Shown: piece by piece, positions 51,755 through 64,000 of the stretch | How the letters are laid out: every line of letters begins with the position of its first letter | How positions within the stretch are numbered: the first letter of the stretch is position 1 | Origin: an uncultured candidate division Zixibacteria bacterium | GTDB taxonomy: Bacteria; Zixibacteria; MSB-5A5; GN15; FEB-12 | Assembly: GCA_963735035.1 (NCBI GenBank) | Contig: CAVTJJ010000003.1 | Span: 608,001-672,000 of the forward strand | Direction of reading: 5' to 3' | DNA: 64,000 nt | Notes under the pieces: model-generated | What the model was told of the DNA's origin: nothing | What the model saw: only the letters and a program-made list of their open reading frames with translations | Databases searched by the model: none | Position numbers and translations under genes: made by a program

Positions 51755-54304
51755 GTGATCTCAAAGGCCATCAAACTTCTCATTGTCGCCATCACGATCT
51801 GCATGGCGCTCTACTACGGACTCTTCTACACTCAGGAAGCGTCCAAGCTGATCGCCTATGGTCGCTCGGGGATTATTCAAAGCAGTATTACGGGACCTGA
51901 CAGCAATATAGTCATGTCTCAGTTGGACACGGCTGATTTTGCCGCACCCCCCTACCCAGCTGTTGGTGATCGCATCTTGACCATCAACGACTCGACAGCT
52001 ACAAACGCCATCTTGAATGCGCACTTCAACTCTCCTCATCCGGCGGGATACGAGACTGTCATTACTTACAAATCAGGTAAGGATACCCTGCGGACGATCG
52101 TGCGTTACCAGCCGATGACACGCCGCACGTTCGCGTTTCAAGCGGTCCTGATGTTTCTGCGGTTCCTGATCTCGGTCTGCTATCTGGCGGTCGGCCTCTG
52201 GGCCTTCGCCAAACGTCCTGATTCCGGCGCCGTCAGGGCGCTGACGCTCTTCTGCTATGCGATGGGCGGTTTCCTGATGACCGCCGTAACCATGATTAGC
52301 GACAGCTACTCCACCATCTCTTTCCCCTACATGAGCACGTTAACGGCTGGGGTAGGCTCGCTGGCAAGTTTCTTTGGAGCTTTCTGGCTCAACCTTCAGC
52401 TCCTTTTTCCGGTGCCTCGCCGCATAGTCCAGAAACACTCCCTGGCCGTTCACGTTCTATGTTACGCCGCACCGGCGGTGGTGGGCATTCTCGCATTGAT
52501 ATTCAAGTCGCAGTGGGCGGGCTTCGCTTTGCTGGGGATGGTTACAATTCAGATCGGACTGGGATTCTATCTTCTCGCCCGATTCCACAATCGAACCACT
52601 GAGCCGATTGAATCGCGACAAACCCGCTTGGTACTGTGGGGCACCGGGGCCGGCCTGGGTGGTTTCGCCTTCTTCATCTTGATGGCCATTCTGCTACCCC
52701 GGTTCTTCAGATCAATTCCCGAAATCTACCTGACAGGCTTCCTGATCGTTGTCTTCTTAGGATTGCTGCTGTCACCGCTCTCTTTTGCTTACGCGTTCGG
52801 CAAATATCGCCTGCTGGAAATCGAGGGTCGCATCCGTCGCGGCACCCGCCATTTCCTGATCGCCCTGGCGTTACTCGCCCTGTTCTATCTACTCATCTAT
52901 TTCGTAAGCGAGTTCGCCCTCGAGGTGCTGGGCATCGAGAGCCGCACCCCCGTTCTGATAATCGCGCTTTTGCTTGCTGTCGGTTTTGCACCTGCACAGC
53001 GACGCCTTCTCGCCTCGCTCGACAAATGGGTGTACCCCGAGCGGTTCCGACTCAAAGGTATGCTCAATGACTTTCTCTCCAATTCGATGGCCACCACCGA
53101 CAAAAAAGCCTTTTGGAATGAACTCGAGAACCGGCTGAAGACCGCTCTGAAAGTCGACCAGGTTTATCCCGTCCTGCGAGCCGTCAACAACGGTCATTTT
53201 GAACACTGGACCGGCGCCATGACTCCGTTCGTGAAGGACAGTGCGTTTATCAAGACGATATCGAGAGTCGGCGGACGACCGGTCATGCGCGATGAGCTCG
53301 AAGCCGGCGGAAGAACTTCGTTCCGGGAAGGCGAGCGCGACTGGTTCAGTTTACACCAGGTGGCGTTGGTTCTTCCGATGGTAACGCATTCCGAGCTGAT
53401 CGGTTTCCTGGGCATCGGCCTCAAATCAGAACGGCGCGATTTCGAACCCGCCGATATTGAAATCTTGCAGTCGCTCGGCAATCAGATCGCGGTCGCTACC
53501 GATAACATCATCCTGCTCGAAGAGAACGCCGAGAAACGCCGCATGGAGGCTGAGCTGTCTATCGCGCGCAAAGTACAGGAAGGGATGCTGCCGCACGACA
53601 TCCCCGACACCCCCGGCCTTCAGATTGCTGCACTGAGTCGCTTCTGTACTGAAGTCGCCGGCGACTACTACGATGTCATCGAAGTCGGCGACGGCCGCAC
53701 GGTGCTGGCTATCGGCGACGTTTCCGGCAAGGGGGCCGGGGCCGCGCTGCTCATGTCCAATGTGCAAGCATCGTTGCGCACTTCAGTCGGCATGGAGACT
53801 ACAGAAGAAGCTGCGGAAAACCAACTAGTACACAAGATCGATCTGGCGCGAATTGTCACCAATATCAATCGCCTCATTCACCGCAATTCTCAGCCGGAGC
53901 AATTCATAACTTTCTTTGCCGCCGTGTATGACCCGATGGAGCATACGCTCACCTTTACCAACGCTGGACACAACCCGCCACTTTCGGTGAATCGCGACGG
54001 TCAGGTTCGGGAACTGATCGACGGCGGTGTACTGCTCGGCGCGGTGCCCGACTTCCCTTATCAGCAAGGAACAATACAATTGGCGAGCGGCGATACCGTG
54101 TTTCTATATACCGACGGTTTGAGTGAATCGACTCGACCCGACGGCCAGATGTTCGGGGAAGATCGTATCAGACAGTTCCTGGCGCGAAATGTCGAACTGC
54201 CTCCCCAGCAGTTGTTGGCGAAACTCGAAGAAGAAGTAGCGACTTTCGCGGACGGCATCCACCTCGCGGATGATTTCACGCTGGTAGTGGCAAGAGTGGT
54301 CTAG
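51755..54304 (+). CDS. Membrane-bound PP2C/SpoIIE (RsbU-like) phosphatase with PDZ-like and GAF domains
   Basis: GDRILTIND, multiple TMs, EVAGDYYD, GDVSGKG, NAGHNPP, LYTDGLSE, DDFT. Confidence 0.9.
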   Translation: MISKAIKLLIVAITICMALYYGLFYTQEASKLIAYGRSGIIQSSITGPDSNIVMSQLDTADFAAPPYPAVGDRILTINDSTATNAILNAHFNSPHPAGYETVITYKSGKDTLRTIVRYQPMTRRTFAFQAVLMFLRFLISVCYLAVGLWAFAKRPDSGAVRALTLFCYAMGGFLMTAVTMISDSYSTISFPYMSTLTAGVGSLASFFGAFWLNLQLLFPVPRRIVQKHSLAVHVLCYAAPAVVGILALIFKSQWAGFALLGMVTIQIGLGFYLLARFHNRTTEPIESRQTRLVLWGTGAGLGGFAFFILMAILLPRFFRSIPEIYLTGFLIVVFLGLLLSPLSFAYAFGKYRLLEIEGRIRRGTRHFLIALALLALFYLLIYFVSEFALEVLGIESRTPVLIIALLLAVGFAPAQRRLLASLDKWVYPERFRLKGMLNDFLSNSMATTDKKAFWNELENRLKTALKVDQVYPVLRAVNNGHFEHWTGAMTPFVKDSAFIKTISRVGGRPVMRDELEAGGRTSFREGERDWFSLHQVALVLPMVTHSELIGFLGIGLKSERRDFEPADIEILQSLGNQIAVATDNIILLEENAEKRRMEAELSIARKVQEGMLPHDIPDTPGLQIAALSRFCTEVAGDYYDVIEVGDGRTVLAIGDVSGKGAGAALLMSNVQASLRTSVGMETTEEAAENQLVHKIDLARIVTNINRLIHRNSQPEQFITFFAAVYDPMEHTLTFTNAGHNPPLSVNRDGQVRELIDGGVLLGAVPDFPYQQGTIQLASGDTVFLYTDGLSESTRPDGQMFGEDRIRQFLARNVELPPQQLLAKLEEEVATFADGIHLADDFTLVVARVV

Positions 54305-54323
54305 TCTATGATCGGGGTGTTTC

Positions 54324-54388
54324 GTGGGCGGCACACGTCGTCGTGTGCCCCATGACCTCCGGGTACCCCACAGCTTGCTGTGGGTTGC
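54324..54388. repeat. REP-like palindromes
   Basis: GGCACACGTCGTCGTGTGCC and CCCACAGCTTGCTGTGGG (54367-54384). Confidence 0.75.
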
Positions 54389-54477
54389 TCCGCATATAGA
54401 CAGGCAGGTCACGTTCAGGAGTCATTAGCGCGGCGAATAACGAATAGTCCGATATGCGACATGCTGCATCATTATGA

Positions 54478-54506
54478 TTGACACTGATGGATTGCGGAGT
54501 TAACAT
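54478..54506 (+). promoter_or_regulatory. sigma70-like promoter
   Basis: TTGACA-N17-TAACAT upstream of an AGGAGG RBS. Confidence 0.55.
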
Positions 54507-54551
54507 AACTCCATGCGGATCGTGTGCGTGGGTCAGAAGGAGGAATAGTCT

Positions 54552-55367
54552 GTGATCCACAAACAGGTGACTCATCTGGCTACCTGGGTAGTAGCAGCGG
54601 CGTCGGTCATTGCGCTATCACGCTGTTCATTATCGGCCGAAGAATTTAAACCACCCTTCTTGAATTACGGTGACGCATCATTCATATCTCTTGATCCGAA
54701 CCTCGATTCGCTGCACCTCTCACTCCCAAAGGAACTCTGGTCAGTTGCAGATTCAGTCACGAAGACTGTCTGGAATACTCAAAGCCACATGGGTACCTTT
54801 TCACAGTTCTATTCAAGTAGCGGCGATACTTGGAGGGCTCTGCAATTTCAGTTGATGCATGAGGTTTTTGTAAGCCGATGCTACGGATGGTCCGACACGA
54901 CTAGGACCCGCGTCATACAAATTCTTGACAGTCTATGGGGTATTTCAAGAGACAGTAAGGATCTATTGTCGAGTGCCCCCTTTCAACGCGATTACGCCCA
55001 GTATGTGGGTGCAGCTCGGAGCCTCGTCAACGCATTTGAACCGATTGTCACCAAATGGCATTCCGTGCGTATGATCAGCTTCGAAGCATGTTCAGACGCG
55101 TTACTGACCATTTATTCCAGCGCTGAGCAGAGGAAGACCGATTACACGATCCCTTTCGTTCTACGTGAGGAGGTCGGTCACATCTACGGAACATCCGTCG
55201 TTCCCGCTGAATGCGAGGAACAATTCAGGACCGGAAAGCATGTACTTGTACGCTATTTCAATGACACCGTACACCTGGTGTATGCATACTATCCTACCAA
55301 CGCAAATTCATACAACGTAACAATAGTACTCAGGTCTCCAGTCCCCATCCGTCTTCCTAAACACTAA
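54552..55367 (+). CDS. Hypothetical secreted protein (lower GC)
   Basis: AGGAGG RBS, GTG start, signal-like N-terminus, 271-aa open frame. Confidence 0.6.
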   Translation: MIHKQVTHLATWVVAAASVIALSRCSLSAEEFKPPFLNYGDASFISLDPNLDSLHLSLPKELWSVADSVTKTVWNTQSHMGTFSQFYSSSGDTWRALQFQLMHEVFVSRCYGWSDTTRTRVIQILDSLWGISRDSKDLLSSAPFQRDYAQYVGAARSLVNAFEPIVTKWHSVRMISFEACSDALLTIYSSAEQRKTDYTIPFVLREEVGHIYGTSVVPAECEEQFRTGKHVLVRYFNDTVHLVYAYYPTNANSYNVTIVLRSPVPIRLPKH

Positions 55368-55378
55368 TTCAACGACGC

Positions 55379-58072
55379 CTACGCCAGTTCCTTCACCACG
55401 AACACTTCCGTCCCGTCATAGTCGATCTTGAAACCCCGCTTCTCGAACACCGATATCATCGCGCGGTTGTCCGTGGTCGTCTGCGCCACCACCCGCTTCA
55501 ATTTCCAGTGTTCGGCGATCTCGAGACAGTAATCTGTCAGAATGCTCCCCACTTCTTTCTTCTGCCAGGCGTCGGTGATCAACACCGCATACTCGACCGC
55601 CTCATGGTCCGGGTCGGCGATCAGGCGGCCGATACCGATAATCTTCCGCACCCCCTTCTGCACTATTTCCGCCACGATAGCTATTTCGCGGTCGTAGTCG
55701 ATATAGCAGAAGCGGGTCGCCACCTCGTGTGAATCCCAATGGAAGAAATACCTGAAGCGTGAGTAGACCGCTTCTTTCGAGCAACTTGCGAGCAGACCCA
55801 GCCAGAGAGGTTCGTCCTCGGGTTTGATCGGACGAAGTGTGGCGATCGTTCCGCCCTTCAGCTCCACCTGCTTGACATACTTTTCCGGATACGGCCGAAG
55901 CGCCAGATGCGAGTACGGCTCGATCTCCTGGCCGACCAGAGTCGAATCGATAATTACGCGCGCATCGAGTGCTATTACTTCGCGCGGCGTCACCAAGAGC
56001 GGATTTATGTCAAGTTCGATTATTTCCGGATAGTCCGCCGCCAGGTACGACATCCGTACCAATGTTTCAATAAGGAGTTCGACATTGGCAGCCGGGCGGC
56101 CCCGATATCCCTGCAACAGCGGCCAAATGCGGAGCGATTCGAGCATGCGACGAGCAAGACGTTCGTTGAGCGGTGGGAACCCGAGACTGCGATCTCCGAG
56201 AAGTTCCGCGCCGATCCCTCCCATACCGACCATCATGATCGTCCCAAACGTAGCGTCCTTCTTGATCCCGACAATCAACTCCACGCCGTCATGAAAGTTC
56301 ACCATCGATTGAACCGTAACCCCGTCAACCCTCGCCTTCGGCGCTTTCTCGGCTACCGACAGCATCATCCGATCAAACGCCCCGCGCAACATGGCCTCGT
56401 CTTCGAGATTGAGCGCCACGCCGCCGACATCGGTCTTGTGCGTGATATCAGGGGATAGAATCTTAATTACCACCGGATAGTGAATCTTCTTCGCAATCCT
56501 GGCAGCCTCGTCGCCGGTCTTCGCCGGATGCGGTCGCACCGTCGGAATGCCGTAAGTCTCGATCAATTCTTTCGATACCGCCTCGCTAAGCAGATTGCCG
56601 TGTCCGAAATGCTTGGCGACAAATTTGTTGCGAAGTGTCTCCCGATCGATCGCGAATTCCACCGGCAGGTCTTTCGGCGTTTCGTAGAGCGTGTCGAGAT
56701 TGCGGCCGTAGCCGACCAGAGTCATGAAAGAGCGAATCGCCTGCTCTGGGGTCTGATAAGCCGCCACACCGCTGTCGATCAGCAGCCTGATGCCCTCACG
56801 CATGGCCGCGCCGCCGAGCCAGGCCGCCAACACCGGTTTCATGGTCGACTGCGCAAGCTTGCCCACCGCCTTCGCGATGGCGTTCACATTGGTCATCGCC
56901 TGGGGGGTGAGAATCACGAGAAGCGCATCGACTCCAGGATCGTCGAGCACCAGCTGGGCAGCTTTCTCGATACGCTTGGCGTTGGCGTCTCCGAGTACGT
57001 CGACCGGGTTCCGGTGTGACCACGACGACGGCAACGACAAATTGAGTTGCTCTAGCGTCTTCTCGCTTAGTGTCGCCAGCGTTCCCTTATGTTCAATCAG
57101 CGAGTCGGTAGCGATAACACCCGGTCCGCCGGCATTGGTGACAATTCCAAGGCGCTGGCCACGCGGAATCTTGTCGCGTCCTATCAGCTCGGCGCAGTCA
57201 AAAATGTCACCGGTGTCGTAAACACGTGCCAGTCCGATACGTTGAAACGCCGCGTCGTAGATCGCATCCTCAGCCGCCAGCGCTCCGGTGTGCGACGCCG
57301 CTACCTGGGCTGACTCCGGAAATCGTCCCGACTTGAACGCCAGGATCGGCTTGGTGCGGGCGAACGCTCGGGCGGCGGTCATGAAGCGACGCGCGCGGCT
57401 GACCGATTCAATGTATAGAATGATCGATTTGGTATTGTCGTCAGCACCGAAAAAATCAATCAGATCGCCGAAATCGACATCGATAGTGTTGCCGATCGAC
57501 ACGAAATGCGAGAAACCGATCTTACCTTCAATCGCCACATCAAGCACCGACGTACACAGCGCACCCGACTGCGAGATAAACGCCACGTTGCCCGCTTTCG
57601 GCATGCCTCCGGCGAAACTGAGATTCAGATTCTTGCCGGGGATGATGATTCCCAGACAGTTCGGGCCGATAATCCGCATTCCGTCGAACCGTTTCCGATA
57701 CTCCCGAATCTGGTCTTCCAGCTTCTTCCCTTCCTCGCCTATCTCTTTGAAGCCGGCGGAGAGAATAACAATGCCCCTGATCCCGGCTTCGCCGCATTCA
57801 AGAACGGTCTGCGGAACCTTCTCCGCAGCCGTGCAGATAACGGCCAGATCGGGCACTTTCGGAAGGGATTTCAGATTCGGAAAGCAGGGTACGCCCATGA
57901 CCGCTTCACTCTCGGCGTTAATAGGATAGACCACGCCTCGGAATCCGCCTGAGATCAGGTTAGTCAGCACTTTGCCGCCGACGCTGTTCGGGTTGATCGT
58001 CACGCCGATAAGCGCAATTCGGTGGGGATCGAAAATCTTCTCAAGCTTATGTATATTCATTCTTTTGGTCAC
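55379..58072 (-). CDS. NDP-forming acyl-CoA synthetase-like + GNAT fusion (Pat/PatZ-type)
   Basis: CoA-binding domain (GPNCLG, SQSGA), ASHTGAL, ATP-grasp (HKTDVGGV, ELDINPL), C-terminal GNAT (YIDYDREIA). Confidence 0.9.
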   Translation of the reverse strand: MTKRMNIHKLEKIFDPHRIALIGVTINPNSVGGKVLTNLISGGFRGVVYPINAESEAVMGVPCFPNLKSLPKVPDLAVICTAAEKVPQTVLECGEAGIRGIVILSAGFKEIGEEGKKLEDQIREYRKRFDGMRIIGPNCLGIIIPGKNLNLSFAGGMPKAGNVAFISQSGALCTSVLDVAIEGKIGFSHFVSIGNTIDVDFGDLIDFFGADDNTKSIILYIESVSRARRFMTAARAFARTKPILAFKSGRFPESAQVAASHTGALAAEDAIYDAAFQRIGLARVYDTGDIFDCAELIGRDKIPRGQRLGIVTNAGGPGVIATDSLIEHKGTLATLSEKTLEQLNLSLPSSWSHRNPVDVLGDANAKRIEKAAQLVLDDPGVDALLVILTPQAMTNVNAIAKAVGKLAQSTMKPVLAAWLGGAAMREGIRLLIDSGVAAYQTPEQAIRSFMTLVGYGRNLDTLYETPKDLPVEFAIDRETLRNKFVAKHFGHGNLLSEAVSKELIETYGIPTVRPHPAKTGDEAARIAKKIHYPVVIKILSPDITHKTDVGGVALNLEDEAMLRGAFDRMMLSVAEKAPKARVDGVTVQSMVNFHDGVELIVGIKKDATFGTIMMVGMGGIGAELLGDRSLGFPPLNERLARRMLESLRIWPLLQGYRGRPAANVELLIETLVRMSYLAADYPEIIELDINPLLVTPREVIALDARVIIDSTLVGQEIEPYSHLALRPYPEKYVKQVELKGGTIATLRPIKPEDEPLWLGLLASCSKEAVYSRFRYFFHWDSHEVATRFCYIDYDREIAIVAEIVQKGVRKIIGIGRLIADPDHEAVEYAVLITDAWQKKEVGSILTDYCLEIAEHWKLKRVVAQTTTDNRAMISVFEKRGFKIDYDGTEVFVVKELA

Positions 58073-58249
58073 CTCTACAATGGCCTAATAAGCTCTAGTG
58101 ATCTCCTTTAGAGAAGTGCTTTCTTGAGGATGTTAGTCGACCTCATTCCTTTTGTCGGTCAGACGGTTATGACAGAGGTGGGAGTAAGTGAGATCCGGGC
58201 TTGAATCTTACGAAAGCTTCCGGAAAGGTAGAATGATTGAACAGGCTGC

Positions 58250-59563
58250 TTATCGCAGATCGGATAGCATCGTCGGGGTGGCAATGAGGCTGTGGAAAAT
58301 ACCCCACCGCTTGGCCGGGTTCTCCAGCGTACCTCCGTGGCGGGCTTCGCAGTCGGCCACCAGCGCTTTGCCGACGGAATATGTCACGATGTAGCTGCGA
58401 TAATCATCATAGAATGACAGGGACTTGACCGCCTCGGCTTCGCTCTGCAACACATAGTAACCGAGCCAGGCGATGGACTGGGTTTTGTCGCGAAGACCAT
58501 CGAGGTAGAGTTGGGCGACATCTGCACCTGCGCCGTCAAGACTCCCCATCACATCAAGGACGAGACAGTAGGTCGGGGCCTCGGACGGGTCCAGACCTGC
58601 CAGCGGAAACAGCGTGTTCTGATAGAAGGCGACTCTATCCACCGGCGAGAGCACCATGTCGACACCGTAGTTGGCGGTTCCTTCGTCGAGCACTGACATC
58701 GGGCTGAAGAGTGGAAATACCGAGTACTCCACCCAGCCGCTGTCTCTTACCAGATGCTTCTCGCGAATGATGTTGCTGCAGTGATGTCCGGGATATCCTT
58801 CGTGGGCGGCCAGACCGATCAGATTGCCGATATGGACGGTGGTCGTGGTGTCGATCTGTATGAGGCTCTGAAGATCGCCGAGATACCAGTTGTAGGCACC
58901 CCAGGACTGGCCGCCGACCAATTCGACACGGCAATCTTCACCCTGGGGCAAGGCGAGGTAGTTCGACGTCCGAGCGCGGCATTCGGCCAGACAGACCTTC
59001 ATCAAAGTATCAACACGATTCTTCGGCACCACAAATCTCTCATGGTACTTCATGTATCGCTGTCTGATATCCCCCTTGCCGGGCAGAAGCGAATCAAGCG
59101 CAGCCAGTCTGGTTTCATAGTAGGCAGAATCATGATGCGGCGCCTGCACGCCGTATATGGCCGAAGCCTCCTGATCGAAAGTCAGCGTCTTGCCGTGTTG
59201 CCGATCGAGCACGCCTCTCAATGATGTCAGTTGAGCGAGCATGAAGTGTAAACGACGTCGAGGGGAATCGTCCGAAACGGTGGGACCGATTGCGCTTATT
59301 CGGGCAATAAGCCTGTCAGCGTCCTCGCACAACCGATCATACGGAAAACCTTTTTCGACTTCTTCCCGCGCCGCATCTTCTTTCAGTTCCGATGGGCCGA
59401 AATACGCATCGATGTAGTCCGGTATGTACTTCCCTGCGCGCAGGACCAGCTTGACATACTCCCTCGCGACACTATCGACACGCTCGTCTGCCTTAGCAGT
59501 TGAAACCAGACTTATGACGGGAAATACAACAATTGCTGCAAGAGCCAATACACGCCGGATCAT
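58250..59563 (-). CDS. Secreted DUF885-like putative metallopeptidase
   Basis: Signal peptide; AAHEGYPGHH..EGTANY zinc-binding motif. Confidence 0.7.
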   Translation of the reverse strand: MIRRVLALAAIVVFPVISLVSTAKADERVDSVAREYVKLVLRAGKYIPDYIDAYFGPSELKEDAAREEVEKGFPYDRLCEDADRLIARISAIGPTVSDDSPRRRLHFMLAQLTSLRGVLDRQHGKTLTFDQEASAIYGVQAPHHDSAYYETRLAALDSLLPGKGDIRQRYMKYHERFVVPKNRVDTLMKVCLAECRARTSNYLALPQGEDCRVELVGGQSWGAYNWYLGDLQSLIQIDTTTTVHIGNLIGLAAHEGYPGHHCSNIIREKHLVRDSGWVEYSVFPLFSPMSVLDEGTANYGVDMVLSPVDRVAFYQNTLFPLAGLDPSEAPTYCLVLDVMGSLDGAGADVAQLYLDGLRDKTQSIAWLGYYVLQSEAEAVKSLSFYDDYRSYIVTYSVGKALVADCEARHGGTLENPAKRWGIFHSLIATPTMLSDLR

Positions 59564-59816
59564 AGCTGTCAATCCTTTCCGAACAGGATACAATTGTCCG
59601 ACCTGCCGTACTAGCAGCGCAGGTTAAATCTCTTGGGCCAGTAGATTTGCCAAAGGATAACATTTCATGGGAATCGTTGCAAGCGGAATAGCTGGACGAT
59701 AACTACGCTAACATTACCTGATTTGTCGTGCTCTCAATACATTGTGTACTGTTCACATCAAAGGGGTTATTCGACACTAACTCGGACAGTCACCAAGCTC
59801 TAGATTCACACCAATG

Positions 59817-59848
59817 AAAAAGACCCCTGCAGAGACTGCAGAGGTCTT
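59817..59848 (-). terminator. Intrinsic terminator of hppA
   Basis: AGACCTCTGCAG-TCT-CTGCAGGGGTCT followed by TTTT on the minus strand. Confidence 0.75.
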
Positions 59849-59873
59849 ATCACTTACCGTTGGAAGAGGGCCG

Positions 59874-62363
<2,490 letters not shown>

Positions 62364-62709
62364 AGACAATTCTCCTTATCTAGGTACCACAATAGTATCA
62401 CCAACACAAAATACTTAACCCGGTGGCCGATACCGAATTACCGGTCAACACTCGCTTTTCACCGCGACCGGATTAGCCCTGCCGGTTAAGTTCCGGCAAG
62501 TCTACAAAAACCCTTAGACAAAAGCAAGTTATTAGGCCCGATACGAAGAGTAACTTGGGCTTCTTTTTTGGAGTAGTCACGATGGGGAACAACGACTTAG
62601 GGAATGCACCCCGAAAGACCCTTCCCCGGGAGGAAATGAACCGGGTTGATACGACCGGACTCGAACGCTTACGAACCGAAACAGGCTATCGCCCTGCCCG
62701 CTACAGCCT

Positions 62710-64000
62710 CTATCGAAGGAGAATCATCTTTCTGGTGTCGGAGAAATCGCCAATCTTGAGACGATAGAAGTAGATTCCGGTCGCAGCCGGTTTGCCGTTT
62801 GAATCAGTACCGTCCCAGATCGCTTGATACGTTCCTGTCCGGCGAAACGCATCTACCAGCGTTACCACCTTCCGACCCAGAATGTCAAATACGGCCAGGT
62901 TCACCCGACCACTTTGGGCTAGATCGTACTTTATTTGGGTGTCGGGATTGAAAGGATTGGGGCTGTTCTGGGCCAGCCTGAACTCAACCGGCAGTGGGGA
63001 AGTGGAATCGTCTTCCACGTCGCTGGCGTTTCCCTGATTCATGTAGACCAGGAGGTCATTTGAAGTTCTGTTGGCGACCGCCAGATCATCATATGTGTCG
63101 TGGTCAAAATCGGCGGTGCACAGCGACGCCGGTGAGTCGCCGGCGGCATACTGTATCGGCTCTGCAAAAGTCGCATCCCCGATGTTGAGCAGGATCGACA
63201 GGCTATCGGTCATCCAATTGGCTACGATGATATCGATATCCCCGTCCTTGTCAAGATCACTCGTGAAGGTAGCCAGTGGATATCCGCCGGAATTATAGTA
63301 GACCGTGGGCTGGAAAGTCCCATCGCCATCGTTGAGAATAACCGAAATTACCGACTGATCATAGGCATCCGAGTTCGGCGCTATCAAATCGATATCTCCA
63401 TCCCCGTCGAGATCCGCCGCCGATATGTCCGAAGGCATATAGTGCGACGCATAGTCTACGTGCGAGGAAAACGATCCGCTCCCGTTGTTCAGCAGAACCG
63501 ACACCGTATGAGCCTCAACGTTTACCACCGCCAGGTCAAGGCTGCCGTTGCCGTCGAGATCCACCGCCACGCTCTTTTGCGGACTGTAACCAGTTCCGAA
63601 GGAAACGCGGGGTTGAAAAGTCCCGTCGCCATTGTTGAACATCACCGAAACTGAGTCATCCATGAAAGGAAGAGTTACTTGTTCATTGGTTGCCACCAGA
63701 TCGGGCCAGGTATCGCCGTCCAGGTCGGCCAGACGCACGGACGTCGGCGAAGTCCCGGCGGCAATAGTACTGGGAGCTGCGAAAGTACCGTCGCCATTGT
63801 TGAGAAACAGCGAAATACTATTATCGAGTTTGTTCGAGACTGCCAGATCGATATCGTCATCGCCGTCGACGTCGGCTCCATGCACATAGACAGGAAGGTT
63901 TCCGGTAAGATAAGTGGCGTTTAGTACGAATGTCCCACTGCCGGAGTTAAGAAGTACGGTCAGGCTATCGGTTTGATAGCTGACCGTTGCCATATCTGCA
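62710..64000 (-). CDS. FG-GAP/VCBS repeat protein with FlgD-Ig/T9SS-like C-terminal domain (3' part; starts beyond the window)
   Basis: Repeated DLDGDGDIDL..N.GDGTF; LAQNSPNPFNP..WDGTDSNG..RKMILLR. Confidence 0.9.
   Translation of the reverse strand, partial: ADMATVSYQTDSLTVLLNSGSGTFVLNATYLTGNLPVYVHGADVDGDDDIDLAVSNKLDNSISLFLNNGDGTFAAPSTIAAGTSPTSVRLADLDGDTWPDLVATNEQVTLPFMDDSVSVMFNNGDGTFQPRVSFGTGYSPQKSVAVDLDGNGSLDLAVVNVEAHTVSVLLNNGSGSFSSHVDYASHYMPSDISAADLDGDGDIDLIAPNSDAYDQSVISVILNDGDGTFQPTVYYNSGGYPLATFTSDLDKDGDIDIIVANWMTDSLSILLNIGDATFAEPIQYAAGDSPASLCTADFDHDTYDDLAVANRTSNDLLVYMNQGNASDVEDDSTSPLPVEFRLAQNSPNPFNPDTQIKYDLAQSGRVNLAVFDILGRKVVTLVDAFRRTGTYQAIWDGTDSNGKPAATGIYFYRLKIGDFSDTRKMILLR

Noticed and set aside
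62640..62710. tRNA-like GTTCGAGTCC on the minus strand
   Set aside because: The T-stem does not pair and no cloverleaf forms.

Overview
GC-rich (roughly 55-60% by eye) bacterial chromosomal window. Secreted proteins with 'L.QN.PNPFN' C-terminal sorting domains suggest the FCB group, possibly Zixibacteria (inference). It carries housekeeping genes (eno, tsaD, pgsA-pgpA-cinA, gdhA, mscL, msrAB, hppA), a frameshifted RND efflux pair, an acetolactate-synthase-like gene paired with a succinate-semialdehyde dehydrogenase, an uncharacterised five-gene amine-modifying cluster and several orphan secreted proteins. Intergenic regions are packed with several families of REP-like hairpins. The clearest discovery is a complete 1369-bp IS110-family (IS1111-like) element inserted at a CT core in the loop of one REP hairpin. 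Its 3' non-coding end encodes a two-loop bridge/seek-type RNA whose guides match both halves of that REP target, and joining its ends creates a TTGACA-N17-TATGAT promoter. Other candidates for novelty are a recurrent 23-nt GCCTGCC unit nested inside other REPs, a SLOG plus AbiGi/ART-like fusion protein, a PPDK-like protein with a nucleotidyltransferase domain next to gdhA, and a redoxin beside a six-cysteine secreted peptide. All calls are by motif recognition; no searches were run.
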